NCBI RefSeq assembly: GCF_009914755.1
Contig: NC_060925.1
Strand: one strand, 5' to 3'
Origin: the human T2T-CHM13v2.0 reference genome, Homo sapiens
Length of the DNA: 64,000 nucleotides
Under the pieces are notes generated by a model. It was not told the DNA's origin and did no database searches. It saw nothing but the letters and a program-made list of their open reading frames with translations. The translations under genes and the position numbers were made by a program. Shown piece by piece: positions 25,746 to 40,880 of the stretch. The first letter of the stretch is position 1. Every line of letters starts with the position of its first letter.

Positions 25746-27289
25746 AAGTGGAACCTGAGGCCCAAGAGGCCCCTGGGGCTGACACCCCTGTGGGGCTGAC
25801 ATGGAAGGGGAAACTGAGGCCCAAGAGGGCAGTTTGTCCTGGACCTCACAGCTGGGCTTGGCCAAAAAAAGGTCGGGCCTTGATGCAATGTGGATGCGCT
25901 TCCACTGCACACCGACCCCCACCCCTGCTGCACCCGAAATCCAAGTTTGATGGCTACCATCTTGCCTGCTGTTCCCAGCCTGCTCTCTTTGGTTCAGAAT
26001 ACAAGGAGAACAGAACCTGGTCAGAGGCCATCAAGAGGGACGCTTCCCCCATTGAGCCTGGCCTCTATCACCTGTGGTGACTGGGGTAGCACCGCCAAAG
26101 ACCGCCGGCATTGGCTGCTGGTCACCAGCGGCAGGGCAAGCACAAAGAAGCAAATTACCCCCAGGGAGTCTGATTCCTGTCCAGTCGCATTTTCGATGTG
26201 CTTCATGCTGTCTCTTCCAGCTGTTTGCACCACCACTTCAAATGGTTGATTCTGTTGCTCTGTAAAGAAAATGTCGCTCATTTCCGTTAAGTGCCCATCT
26301 CCCTGGTTTATGTTGCCACCACATTTGTCCTCCCGCTTGATGTGAACTCAAACCGTGGTAGGCGGTGTGCCCTCGGGACTCCACTCAGCATTTTGTATGG
26401 CCCCTTAATCACCTGCTTTTCAGAGAGTACAGACCAGATTTCCCCCAACCTGGCATGTGGACGTCCTTGCGGGGACTTTTCCATTTTGGAGGGTTTCCGC
26501 ATATCACAATATCCTTTTTGTAATAAAAGGAAGAGAATTGCTGACAATTTTCACAAATTTAGGCTCTTGCGAGAATAATTTTCTCTGAATTATGTGTGAT
26601 TCTCCTTTTTATGTGTCCCTAACATTTAGTTTGCTTTTGGTGCAGCCGCTAAGCTGACTGTTAAATATTTGTCTCTCCTGCCACTTGGTCTTCAAGCTGT
26701 AGGTGTTTAGCACACGCGGGCAGTGCCAAGGACCTCACATGGCGAATGTCACTGGCCTTCTGGATCCCCACAAACCAGAAGCAGTGAAGGAGGAGACAGA
26801 ACTGGGGTTTAATTTAACTCCTAAACTACTGAATCCGCACCCTTTCCTTTCTGCTTTTATCTTAGGGCTACGTGGAGGGCTGGATCCTTAGGGGACATCA
26901 TGAAAGCAAGAACCACCCCACTCCGCCCCAGTTGCGCCTGTTAGGATGGGTTGGTTGGTTGACATGACATAAAAAGAGAAGGTAGGGGGTTTGAGGTCAA
27001 CATTTTTCAACTTCACAGTCTGAGTTGAGGGCTGGGATTGTCTGAGTCTCTAAGGGTGCAGGCTTGGTTTCCAAGAACAGCGGGAACCTGGTGTGGCTCC
27101 CATCATAATCTACCCACAGTCGCCATAGGACCAACCCACACTCAACTTTGCACATGTACTCTCTGCTTGCTGGTCTTTCCACAGACTCAGCTTCTGCAAG
27201 GCAGGGATGATGCCCAGCATACAAGGTAGTAGGCAATGAATAAATCTTGGTCAAATTAATAAAATAATAACCAATTTTGATTATGATTA

Positions 27290-28050
<761 letters not shown>

Positions 28051-28653
28051 GGCAGCAAGCTAACAAGCCACCTTCTCCACCCTGTGTAGATGACACAGCT
28101 AATGCTCAGGGGATTTAAGGGACACGTCTCAAGCCAGCCAGCAAATGAATGGGAGAGCAGAGCCCAGGCCTGGGATTCCGGAGCTTGTGCCACTTGTCAA
28201 CATGACAAGAGGACCCACTGGGGGATGGCACTTCTTGTGAATGCCACCCTTAGCGCCTACTTGGTGCAGCTTTAACTTGGAGAAAGAAAGATCCCATTCC
28301 CCTTCCTTGCTGTTGAGAACATAGTCATGGGGCAAGACTGGGCAGCCCCCTTATTTCAGTCTGAGCTATCCTTGGGGTTCCCAGCAAGATCCCAAATACC
28401 TCCAAGTCCCTAATGCGTCTTTCTTGGTTGTCAAATGCCACCGTGAGTCTGATTCCTTTCTGTGTTTTTCGTTCTTGCCCCAAAAGGTTCTTGTCTCCTT
28501 CTGAAACCTGCCTCATGGAGGCCAGGAATAAATTTAATTTAGGGCATCTACCTGTGCAGTCAGTAAATTACTTCTGCTAGCTCGCTCTGACAAACCATCT
28601 TCTGTCGCTGACCTTTCCTGCCTCATATTCTTGCAATATTTTTCTTTGCTTAA

Positions 28654-28962
<309 letters not shown>

Positions 28963-29170
28963 TGAGTGTGGGTGGAGACCCTCCAGCCTGTTTGCCATCA
29001 GGTGACCTGATGACCAGTTCTGGCTTGGCCCCTGCCCTTGTTTGTACCCTGTATACAGAGTCAGGCATTTCTTCTTGCAAAGAGCACTATCTATTTAGGG
29101 TGCTCTGGGCCACAGGAGGCCTGAGCGGTGGTATTGATGCTGCCTCTAACAGAGAACCATGAAGCCCTGT

Positions 29171-29547
29171 TGATGTGGCTTGGCAGTGTCCCCACCTAAA
29201 TCTCGTCTTGAATTGTGGTTCCCATAATCCCCACATGTCATGGGAGGGACCCAATGGGAGGTAATTGAATCATGGGGGTGGTTACCTCCATGCTATTCTC
29301 GTGCTTGTGAGTGAGTTCTCACGAGATCTGGTGGTTTTATCAGAGGCTTTTCCCTACCTTCAGTCTGCACTTCTTCTTGCTGCTGCCATGTGAAGAAGGA
29401 CATGTTTGCTTCCCCTTCTGCCATCATTATAAGTTTCCTGAGGCCTCCCCAGCCATGCTGGACTGTGAGTCAATTAAATCTCTTTCCTTTATAAATTACT
29501 GAGTTTCAGGTATGTCCTTATTAGTAGCATGAGAACAGACGAATAGA
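29171..29547 (+). mobile_element. THE1C/D-type MaLR solo LTR
   Basis: tgatgtggcttggcagtgtcccc...gacgaataga, 377 bp; perfect TSD cctgt. Confidence 0.92.
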
Positions 29548-29919
29548 CCTGTGCAACTGTGAAACTGGCCAGACAAGAACCTTGAAGGCAGCCTTGTTCG
29601 TGTTCGAGGTCTGGTTGTGTTGAGTATTTACCTCAAGGATGACATTTCAATGCTGAGAGCAGGGGTACAAGTCAGTACTATCCATTTGAAAGGTATCTTG
29701 GTGATGTCTTTTCAGATTTCCAACACATTTCTGGGTTTTCAAAACTAAGCAGGTTCTGCAGAGATTTCTATATAAGACCACCTAGTGCAGCATTGTTTAT
29801 TGTAAGGCAAATTGAAATCCTAATTGTCAATCAACCCCTCAGCTCTTTGAACTGGATAAATAAGTAGAAATACATATACTCTGGGATACTGTGAGGTTGT
29901 TAAAAATGGTAAGGAATAG

Positions 29920-30225
29920 ACCGGGTGCGGTGGCTCACACCTGTGATCCCAGCACTTTGGGAGGCTGAGGCAAGTGAATAACTTGAGGTCAGAAGATCGA
30001 GACCAGCCTGGCCAACATGGTGAAACCCCCTTCTCTACTAAAAATATAAAAATTAGCCAGGCATGGTGGTGCATGCCTGTAATCTCAGCTACTTGGGAGG
30101 CTGAGGTAGAATTGCTTGAACCCAGGAGGCGGAGGTTGCAGTGAGCTGAGACTGCACCACTGCACTCAGCCTAAGCGTCAGAGTGAGACTCTGTCTCAAA
30201 AAAAAAAATAAATAAAAAATAAAAA
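29920..30225 (+). mobile_element. AluS inserted in an old L1M relic (~29780-30340)
   Basis: Full dimer; TSD aaaaatggtaaggaat / aaaaatggtgaggatt. Confidence 0.9.
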
Positions 30226-30890
30226 ATGGTGAGGATTGATCCACATGGACATGGAGAGATGACCAGGAAACAGTTACATTTAAGCAAATTTCCATGTGCG
30301 TTTTAGTATGTGATGATCCATTTTGTAGAATAAAATTATATATCCATCACAGGGCAAATGTGATATTGTTATTAAAAGAAATTAGGTGCTTCACAAATCT
30401 TAAACATTACAGCATTCTCAGGTCATTAAGTTATTATAATATTCTATCTAATTAACATAAAAAATTCAATTTAAAACCCAGAAGAAGAACATCATTCAGG
30501 GTCAAGGTTTGTTTGTTGGATGAGAAGAAATATACATTCGTTATAACCGTGTTTTGTTTTCAATAAATATGAAAAAGTATTCCTTTCAAAACATTACACT
30601 CTGGATTGGTGATGTTCTTTTCCCAATGAGCATACCTTTGTAAAATAAAATTTACTTTACTTTGTCTATTACTTGGTATCTCTCTGTCTCTTTTACTTTT
30701 GATTGTGGAGAATTTCAAACATGCAGGGAAGTCAGCAGCCCAGTAAAATGAATGCCCTCGTGGCCTATGGTCTCAATAACCATCAACCCTTGGCCAGTCT
30801 TGCCCTATCCACACCTAGATTCCCTTCCCCAGCCCCTGTTCCTACGTGAGTTTGAAGCAAATCCCAGGCATCATTTAAACACCTCCATTT

Positions 30891-31200
30891 AGCTGGGTGC
30901 CATGACTCATGCCTGTAATCCCAACCCTTTGGGAGACTGAGGTGGGAGGGTCATTTGAAGAGTTTGAGACCAGCCTGGGCAACACAGTGAGACCTCATCT
31001 CTACAAAAAATTTTTTTAAAAACTTAGCTGGACGTGGTGGTGTGCACCTGTGTTTCCAGCTGCTTGGGAGGCTGAGGCAGTAGGATCACTTGAGCCCGGG
31101 AAGTCGAGGCTGCCCTGAGCTGTGATCGTACCACTGCACTCTGGTCTGGGTGACAGAGTGAGACTCTGTCTCAAAATAAATAAATACATAAAAATAAAAT
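30891..31200 (+). mobile_element. AluJ
   Basis: Full dimer with (TAAA)n tail; TSD ...ctccattt. Confidence 0.9.
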
Positions 31201-33249
31201 CTCCATTTCCTCCTCCTGACCCTGCGGCTGCACCATAGTCAAGGGGTGCATCTTCCAATGTTGACCTATTGCAAAGAGATCCTAATCCTGACTCCCAGAC
31301 CTTCTACCTGCTGTCTGCCCCCACACTGTCCCCAGAAAGGTCTTCTTACAGCCTAATCTGAGCCCTACCTTAACTGAAGCCATCAGAGCCCCCCAACTGT
31401 GACAGTGGACCAAGCAGGCAAAGCAGGAGTGCCAAGATATCAAAGTCCTCAGGTCCCGGGGCAGCAATGAGTGGGACCTGGGGTGGCCTGAGCTTGCTCA
31501 TCACGGCCTGTGGCCTCATCGAGACTCATGAGTTTAACACGAGGGAGCAGTACAAAGATGATCACATGCCTCTATGGCCACGATGGGGAATGAGGAAGAG
31601 GTACTGGAACATTGGAACTCTACTGCCTGGGACAAAAGGCCCTTCACAGTTGGCTGTCCATCTGCCGGGCTCAGCATCCATTTGCTCCCTCTCTCTCCTG
31701 CATTCGTCTCCTTTTCCACCCGAGTGCTCCTGTGGGTAAACATCAGTGGGGTGGAAGTGGGAGTGCAGTGACTCAAAACCACGTCGGAGTGTGGCTCCTG
31801 ATCCCAAAAGCTAGTTTTCCTGGGATACGGCTTTGACTGATCCAGAGGGTTTATTCAGCCAGTTTTTCAATAGATACTTTACTGGGCACCTCCTATTTCC
31901 CAGACACTGTTGTGGGCACTGGGAACCCAGAGGTGATGAAAAGAGACAAAACCCCTGCCCTCATGAAGTTTCTGTCCACACATGAGCGTGGACAGATGCC
32001 TGCAATGACGTCCACCGAATATGGCAGAATTGGGGACCAGCTCTGTACTTTCAGCTTCGTAATTTTCTGCATTCATTGATTTATTTAAAAGGAGTACGTT
32101 TCATTTTTACAACAACAACGTGATTTTTCTTAAAAGCCACAAACAAAGAAAGCACACAGGGCAAGATGCTACCAGTGATTAATTCCGGGTGGCGAGCAGG
32201 TGCACAATTATTTTCTTATTCTTTCATGCGCTTTTTAAAATCCCCCAACCAATTTTTTGAATTAAAGGGAATAAAAACAGGATAGGGAAAAAAAAAGTGA
32301 ATTCTTTGAAACTGGCAGTGAATCTGCCACAAAGTCAGGAATGATGGAAAGATTTTTTCTTCTTATTCTCTGCACAGTAACCACAATATCGATGCCTCAC
32401 TCCAGGGCACAGATGCATCTGCGGGAGAGCTGGGATTAGAGTCCCCTTGCACTGTGGGGCTTTCTCTAAACCACCTTTTTTGTGGCCTTAATTCCATGAA
32501 TACAAACAATAATTACCAACCTAAGTAGATTACTCAGCATAGCTTACATGCCTCTGGGTCCTCGAATGAGTCACATTATTGACTGCTCACAATTAATCTA
32601 AAAAATTAAACCAATTGCTCTCCTGGTTCCTTCTCCGTTTTGTGCCTGGATGACACTGCCACCAATTTATTGCCTGAGCTGTTATTCCTACTTGGTGTTC
32701 CCATTTTTCTCCAGAACTGAAATGTTCCATTAAAACTCATTTGTTTCCAACCTGGGTCTTTTGGAGTGTGTTCCCCATCCCTTCTGCGGGTTGCCCCGTT
32801 GGCTTTGATGGGCTGCGGTGGAATTGAGCCTCTATTTATAATTCTTCCATGGTCTGTCTGGTTTTTCAATTACTTCACAAACTCCCTTCTGCCCTTCCTC
32901 ACTCTGGTTCATCAATTTTCACTTCCCCTGTCAAGTCGGAAAGAAGTCAGTGCTACTGCGTGCACCTCCCAGCATCCCAAGTATGAGTCAATGGGAAGAA
33001 AATGACCAGGAAACTTGAGGAGACAGAAAAAGGCACTCAGAAGTACCAGGCACATAAGAGATGGTTGTGAAAAATCGGTGTAAACAGGACTTCGACCTTC
33101 ATTCCTCTTGTAATTTACCAGAGGAAAGAAGATCACCATACACTGAATTTTAACTCAGGGGCCATTGGGGCTGATTTGTTACATAGCTATAACTAACTAA
33201 TACATATTCCCTCTCACTCACTGGGTGCCTCCTGTGTGCCAAGTATTCT

Positions 33250-33740
33250 CATTTCAAATGTTATCACCAGTCTGGAATATTCTTCTCCCTCCTCACTCAC
33301 CTTCATCTACTCTTCATTGCGTCAATGCAGACATCACTTCATCAGGGCAGCCTACCTGGGACCCCCTCCTTAGGCTCCTGGTGGCATTCTCTACCTCTCC
33401 TTTGTGACATTTACCACTGTTGTCATCTGACATTTATTTGTGTAATTCTTTATTCATTATTCATTATTCCACTGACTAACCATAAGTTTCATGAGGGTGG
33501 AGCTGTCTTTTTTTTTTTTTCTTTCTTTCTCCTTTTATATCTCCTGTCCCTCTCATGGTTCCCAGCATATAGCAGACACTAAAATATCCATTCAGGAATA
33601 AATGTAAGCCTTATAACAGCCATGTTATCACTGTTCCCCTTTTACAGGTGAGGAAACAGAGGCTAAGAGTGCAGGAGGGTGTTGCCCACGTTCATTGCCC
33701 AGTGAGGTTGAGTCGGGACTCAAACTCAGAACCCCAGAGT
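33250..33740. mobile_element. L2 3' end (+) followed by MIR (-)
   Basis: cataagtttcatgagggt...cccagcatatagcagacact; ttttacaggtgaggaaacagaggct. Confidence 0.65.
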
Positions 33741-33794
33741 CCCAATTTTTCCTGGTTGCTTTCCCCAATACAGTCAACCTGAGCCTCCCTTAGC

Positions 33795-33948
33795 TCAGCT
33801 CTTAAAGTGCTGTCAAAGCCACCTGGGGATCTTGTGAAATGCAGATCCTGGTTCAATAGGTCTGGGGTGGCTGAGCCTCTGCAAGTCTAGCAGGTTTCCT
33901 GTGATGCTGATGTTGCCAGTCCCTGGACCACCCTTTGAGTAGCAGAAG
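33795..33948. mobile_element. MER5A1-like MITE
   Basis: cacctggggatcttgtgaaatgcagatcctggttcaataggtctggggtgg...ggaccaccctttgagtagc. Confidence 0.75.
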
Positions 33949-34751
33949 GGAGGCCCTGCTAATTAGGGGAGGGAAGCGGATGGGCTCAAAGCCACTGAAT
34001 AGCGTCATGGGTTGCATCTAGGTTGCACTAAACACTGTTATCTCTTGGCTTCAGTTCTGCTCCCAAACTGTGAATGTCTGTGTTGGTGACAGTTTACACA
34101 TTCAAGCCAGTCAGAGGTTGGGGAGGAGTCCTGATGCCAGCCTCACCTCATCTGGCACTGGCTCTGTGAATGAGGCTTCAGATGCTTTGGTTCTGCAGGA
34201 AAGGCCACCAACAGGGATTCCAAAAGGGCCTATGACAAGCCCTTGTGTGGAGGTATCCAGGCTCTTGCCAAGGAAGCAGCTCCCAGGTGGGCACAGACAG
34301 CTGGTGCTTGGGAGAAGCAGATGTACACCCCGCAAAACAACCAGGAGAATCAGAGCACACAGGGGACCTGTGCAAGCTGATAGAGGCTCTGGTCACCAGG
34401 GGCGACTAATTGTCCCTGTTCCCCACCAGAAGGAAGCGTCCCCTGGGAGACGCGTTCCCAGCATCTCAGCAGGTGTGGAGCGGCTTCCGGGTGTGTGCTC
34501 TCCCCCAGGGATCCAGGTGGGTCATCCATGCTTCCCTCAGTCTTGATTTTCTTTGCAGAGCCTGTCCAAAGTCATCCTTCCTCGAGTGTCTGTGGGCTGG
34601 GTTGGGTTGTACAAAGACCTTTCAAAGCTGCAAGCCCTGCAAAGATTATGGTGTCCCCTACATAGAACAACAACAAAAGCGATGAATACTTAGGTAGCAA
34701 TGAATTGCAATTCCTAGAAGGTCAGACACTGGCTTAACTATCTACCTGTAC

Positions 34752-34925
34752 TTGTAGTTCTCAAAGCAGGCTCCCCAGACCGGCAACATCTGCATCCCCG
34801 GGGAACTTGAGAGACATGCAGATTCTCAGGCCCCGCCCCAGACCTGCTGAATCAGAAACTCTGGGAATCTGTATTGCAACACGCCCTCCAGGTGCCTCTC
34901 ATGCACTCTCAGCTTTGAGAACCTG
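34752..34925 (+). mobile_element. MER5A inserted in a MIR
   Basis: gttctcaaag...gcagattctcaggccccgccccagacctgctgaatcagaaactctggg...tttgagaacctg. Confidence 0.85.
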
Positions 34926-35494
34926 TATTAACTCACTGAATCTTGAAGACAGCCCTGTTAGGTACAAAGAGGTGAAGCTACCTGTCCAAGGCCATCCCTC
35001 TGTGGTGATGCCAACACTCAGACACAGGCACCTGGCTCCAGAAGCTGTGCCTTGAGCTACTGCTTGCACTTTGACAAGTGCTCAGTGGAAACCATAACAC
35101 CTGAATGAGGATGTCAAAGAAATTACATTTTTTCCTATGATGTCTCTTTTGAGGTTTTTAAATATATATATATGGAGAGAGAAAGAATATTGAATTTTCC
35201 CCGAAAAAGTGTTTTTCTCTCTTGCTCATGTTCAGTACATCTGTTGGATAACCCAGCACTGGGCAGGGAGATGCAGATGCGGAGGAGAACAAAACAGGCC
35301 TTGGACGTGAACCCAGGGCTTCCTGAATCAGGATGCTTGCCAGTGTCCCCGGCCCCTCCTGATGAATTAGTTCAGCGGTCCCCAACCTTCTTGGCACCAG
35401 GGATGGGTTTCATTGAAGACAATTTTTCCATGGACAGAGGCCAAGTGGAGGATGGTTTTGGGGTGATTCAAGTCCATCACATTTATTGTGCACT

Positions 35495-35800
<306 letters not shown>

Positions 35801-35967
35801 TGTGTATTTTATTTCTATCATTGCATCGTAATATGTAATGAAATAATGGTACAACTCACCATTGTGTAGAATTCGTGGGAGCCCTGAGCTTGTTTTCCTG
35901 CAACTAGACAGTCTCATCGAGTGGTGATGGGAGATAGCAACAGATCATCAGGCACTGGATTCTCCTA

Positions 35968-36441
<474 letters not shown>

Positions 36442-36819
36442 TCACTCACCTGCCGCTCACCTCCTGCTGCCCAGTTCCTAAGAGGCCATGGGTTGGGGAA
36501 CCCTGAATTAGTTAATTGGATGAATGAATGATGAACTAAGTCTGTAGTAGCCCCAGAGATGCTGACTCAGGTCACCTAGGATGGGGCCCAGGGACCTGAA
36601 TTTTAGCAGCTTGTCCTCAGAGGGTTCAAATGCAGCCGGTTCCTATAACCATCACATTACAAGACACTTGGCTTCCCGTATTGGAGGCTTTTTCCTGGCA
36701 GGAGCATTGCTTTTGCAGAGGCCTAGGATACACCCATGAGGACAGCAGCCTCGCCTTACACTTAAGTGCACCCGATCCTGCCTCTGGCATCTCACAAACG
36801 TCACTCCCTGGAACAAATT

Positions 36820-36930
36820 TGTGAAGGCCTCCAGACCACAGTGTCCTCATCTGTAAAATGGGGGTAGTAGTAATCCTTGCCTCATAAAGTTCTTGGCAAG
36901 GATTAGATGAGCGAGCATGTGAGTTTGGCC
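36820..36930 (+). mobile_element. MIR core
   Basis: cagtgtcctcatctgtaaaatgggggtagtagtaatcc. Confidence 0.75.
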
Positions 36931-37791
36931 TCCGTTTAAACACTCCATAAAGTTTCCTTTTAGGATAACAGCAGGCCGTTTTAGAACCTTCCAGAGGTTA
37001 CTTATTCAGATATCCTTAGGTGACGATTGGGAAGCTGCCGTTTCTTGAGAGCCTCCTGGGTGACCCTGGCGTGACCCTTGACCCTATCCTTGAGGCTTTC
37101 CTGCCCGTCTCCTGCCTCGAATGTGCTCCGCAGCACATGGATCAGGATGGGGAAGGGGCTGTGTCACTGGATACCTTCGGCCCCTGCCCACGTCTAGGGC
37201 CTGTGAAAACGAGGAGGGACAGCAAAGAAATGGGGAAAAGGCCAGGCTGTCTTCGGCTTCACAGTGACCCAAAGAGACTTAGTGACCCTTGCTATCTGGT
37301 TGTGTTCCTTGGGCTCCAACTGAGCATCCATAGGGAAGCAGAGATTTATCCAAGACGTGCACCTGGGAGCAGTCAGCTCTGCAGAGCCCCTCGCTATCTT
37401 CTCACCCAGAATAGCCGGGCTTTCTTCCCTCCCACACTAATTGGTTCCATTCGATGCTTTTATAGGCGACCCTAATGGGTTTTGTGAGATGTCGTATTAA
37501 GTCTGTGGTCCATAGAGTAATGCCCTTCGCTGTCAGGGAATGCAAGGGAAGAGCAGGGAATTCCAGAATGGGAAGGTGTGTGAATGTAGACCTTCAGGTT
37601 GGTCACAAACAGTGTCTTGAGATTCCACTGGGGAAGCGTTCACTTTTAGAATCAGGCCAAGCTGAGGGTTCTCTGTCCTCAGGTATTTTCCTTTGTAGCA
37701 GTCACTGGCTCGAAATGGAGAATGAGAGAAAAAGGAGCTTGTTTCAGGCCAGAGACCTCACTAACCGAATAACAACACTAAGGCCCTGCAG

Positions 37792-38399
<608 letters not shown>

Positions 38400-39977
38400 T
38401 AAAGTATCTTTTTTATCATGATAGTTCACGCTTATTCATTGATGGGCTGCCTTCTTACCACATGTCCTTGACATGTTTTAATTCCTTAAGTCCTCATAGT
38501 AACCCTAGTACATGTACTCCTGTGATTGCCATTTTACTGATAGGGAAACACAGGCAGAGTCTCATGTAATCTGCCTTCTGTCACCCAGCCAGAAAAGGGC
38601 AGAACTAGGATGCAAGCACAGGGAGTCTGAAGCCAGGGTACCCATTCTTGAGCACCCTGTCACGCTACCTCTCATTATCAGGTTCTGCAATACTTTATCC
38701 TTGGAGCAAGCAAGGTGAGGTGCCTACATTTTCCCATGCAAGTGCCCCAATCTGTCCCTGAGAATTAAGGCCCAGAGAGAATGATGCTTTCTCAGACCCT
38801 CAGGAACATTCCTTCCTGATTTGCCAGTAAGTGGCAGAGCTGGGACCAAGACCCAGGTGGCTCTAATCTCATCTTCATTCTCCTCATTCTCCAAGATGGT
38901 GGCCCTCCCTCTTGTGCCAGGGACTCCCAGATGCCCACTCTTGGGCACAGCAAAGAACCCAGATGCTCAGGCCTCATGGATTCCAAGGCCCCAGCAAGTG
39001 ACATCCCTATTAGCCGGGGAGAAGGCCCTGGCTATTGTTCTGTTTGCTTTCCTTTGTGATGTATTGTTACATAGGAAATTTATTTCTTAACAATTTCACT
39101 TACAGCCCTTAAAACAAAATGGGGCTCTGGAGAACTGCATCATTAGCATTGATAAACATTTTACAATACCATCATGAGCAAATGGAAGTGTCTAATGAAA
39201 AGAAAAGAAGCACTGCCGAGTAATTAAAGAGGCTGCTGGGTTTTTATTATTATTTTTAGCAATTATGACTAAAAGCCTTAATCGTGCAGCACCCATTTTC
39301 CCATCTGTTTTGAACTCAGTTATTTAAGGAAAAAACATCATCATCGTCATTGTCAGCCCCAGGCCAACAGTCAAGATGCCCAAGCCAGCTTGGCTGGGCA
39401 GTGGGCTAAGGGTGCCCAGCCCCAAGGCCCTGTGACTTATCCCCGGTTCTAGAAGCCTTGCTCCAGGGCCCACCCTTGGAACTTTTTTGGTTCCCCTCCT
39501 CTCTTTTTCTCCCATCCTCCCTTTCCCTTCCCACAGAAGGTTTTGCTTCTGGGTCGGCACTGAGCCTTCTCCATCTATTATCTCTTGTCACTATGCAAAA
39601 CAGCTGCCTGAAGCTACCATAATCTTTGCAGGCCACATATGGTAGATGTGGCTCAGAGACCAGAGAAGCTGAGAAGCTCGAAAGAGGACACACAGCTAGT
39701 GGGTAGCAGAGCCTGGGCTGGAACCTAGGTCCTTGGACTGTGCTGGGAGGATGGAGAAGATGCCCTCTGCTGCACAGTGCCTGAGTGAGTCTCAGGTCTG
39801 TTCGGCACCTTAAACAAGTGCCTTAATGTTGCTGAGTATTCATGTCCTGGTCTGTAGAAGGAGGATGACAACAGTAGTACTAACCAAATGAGGGGGGTTG
39901 GGAGCGTTCCGTGAGATCACATACGTCAGTTACACAAAGCACAGGGTCTGTGCTCAAGAAGCGACAGACTTGCTGGC

Positions 39978-40880
39978 CACAGTTCCCAAATGGTGCGGCT
40001 AAGCCGCCCTGGGGTGCTGCAGTGAGGTCAGCTGTGGGAAGTCAGCTGTGGGATAGTGCAGTGCTGTGGGATAGTCTGAAGTTTCAAGGAAAACACAGCG
40101 ACACCTGTCGGACCCTGGGTGAACTACTGGCTCAAGGTAGTCACAGTTTCAACATTCCATTCCGCTACATTCCCTTTGATGACAGCATTTGTTTGTGAAA
40201 CTGGGTATTGGCCGTTGCTATGATTAAAAAGCAAGTACCACCAAGACCAGTGCAGAATGGGAAATAAAGGTGTTGGAGTCCAGTCCTAGTTCAAGGTTGG
40301 AGGATTGGTGCAGTCCCCAGTAGGCACACAAGTTCCATTTGTAAGTACTTGTGATTATTTAAGAACAAAATGAAGGCCGGGTGCAATGGCTCATGCCTGT
40401 AATCCCAGCACTTTGGGAGGCCGAGGCAGGTGTATTGCTTGAGCTCAGGAGTTCAAGACCAGCCGGGCCAATATGGTGAAACCCCCTCTCTATAAAAAAT
40501 ATATAAATTAGCTGGGTATGGTGACACATGCCTGTAGTTCCAGCTTCTAGGGAGGCTGAGGTCAGAGGATGCCTTGAGCCCAGCAGGCAGAGGTTGCAGC
40601 GAGCCAAGATTGCACCACTACACTCCAGCCTGGGTGACAGAGCAAGACTCTGTCTCAAAACAAAAGGAAAAGAACAAAATGAAACTTATTTTTTTTCTTT
40701 CAACATATATGTATTATTTTTTCAACTGGCTATTACAATGTTAGAACATAAATACTTAGTAAGTTGTTTGGCCCTACCTATTTAGTAAACGAAGTGGTTA
40801 GGGATTTCTTTTGGCCCTACGGTGCCATGAGAAAAATTACTGAGACTCTAAGAGTGCCATAAACTGAGAAAATATCAGGA
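39978..40880 (+). mobile_element. Charlie4a DNA transposon split by an Alu (40375-40670, +)
   Basis: gaaaacacagcgacacctgtcggac...gaactactggctcaaggtagtcacagtttcaacatt...aaattactgagactctaagagtgcc; Alu TSD aagaacaaaatgaa. Confidence 0.82.

Noticed and set aside
29444-29456. PRDM9 hotspot 13-mer in the THE1 LTRs
   Set aside because: CCTCCCCAGCCAT misses two fixed positions of CCNCCNTNNCCNC, and the other LTR has a 1-nt deletion there.
34070-34546. 158-aa ORF in unique DNA
   Set aside because: Non-ATG start, low-information Pro/Arg/Ser/Gly-rich composition typical of chance ORFs, no homology recognised.
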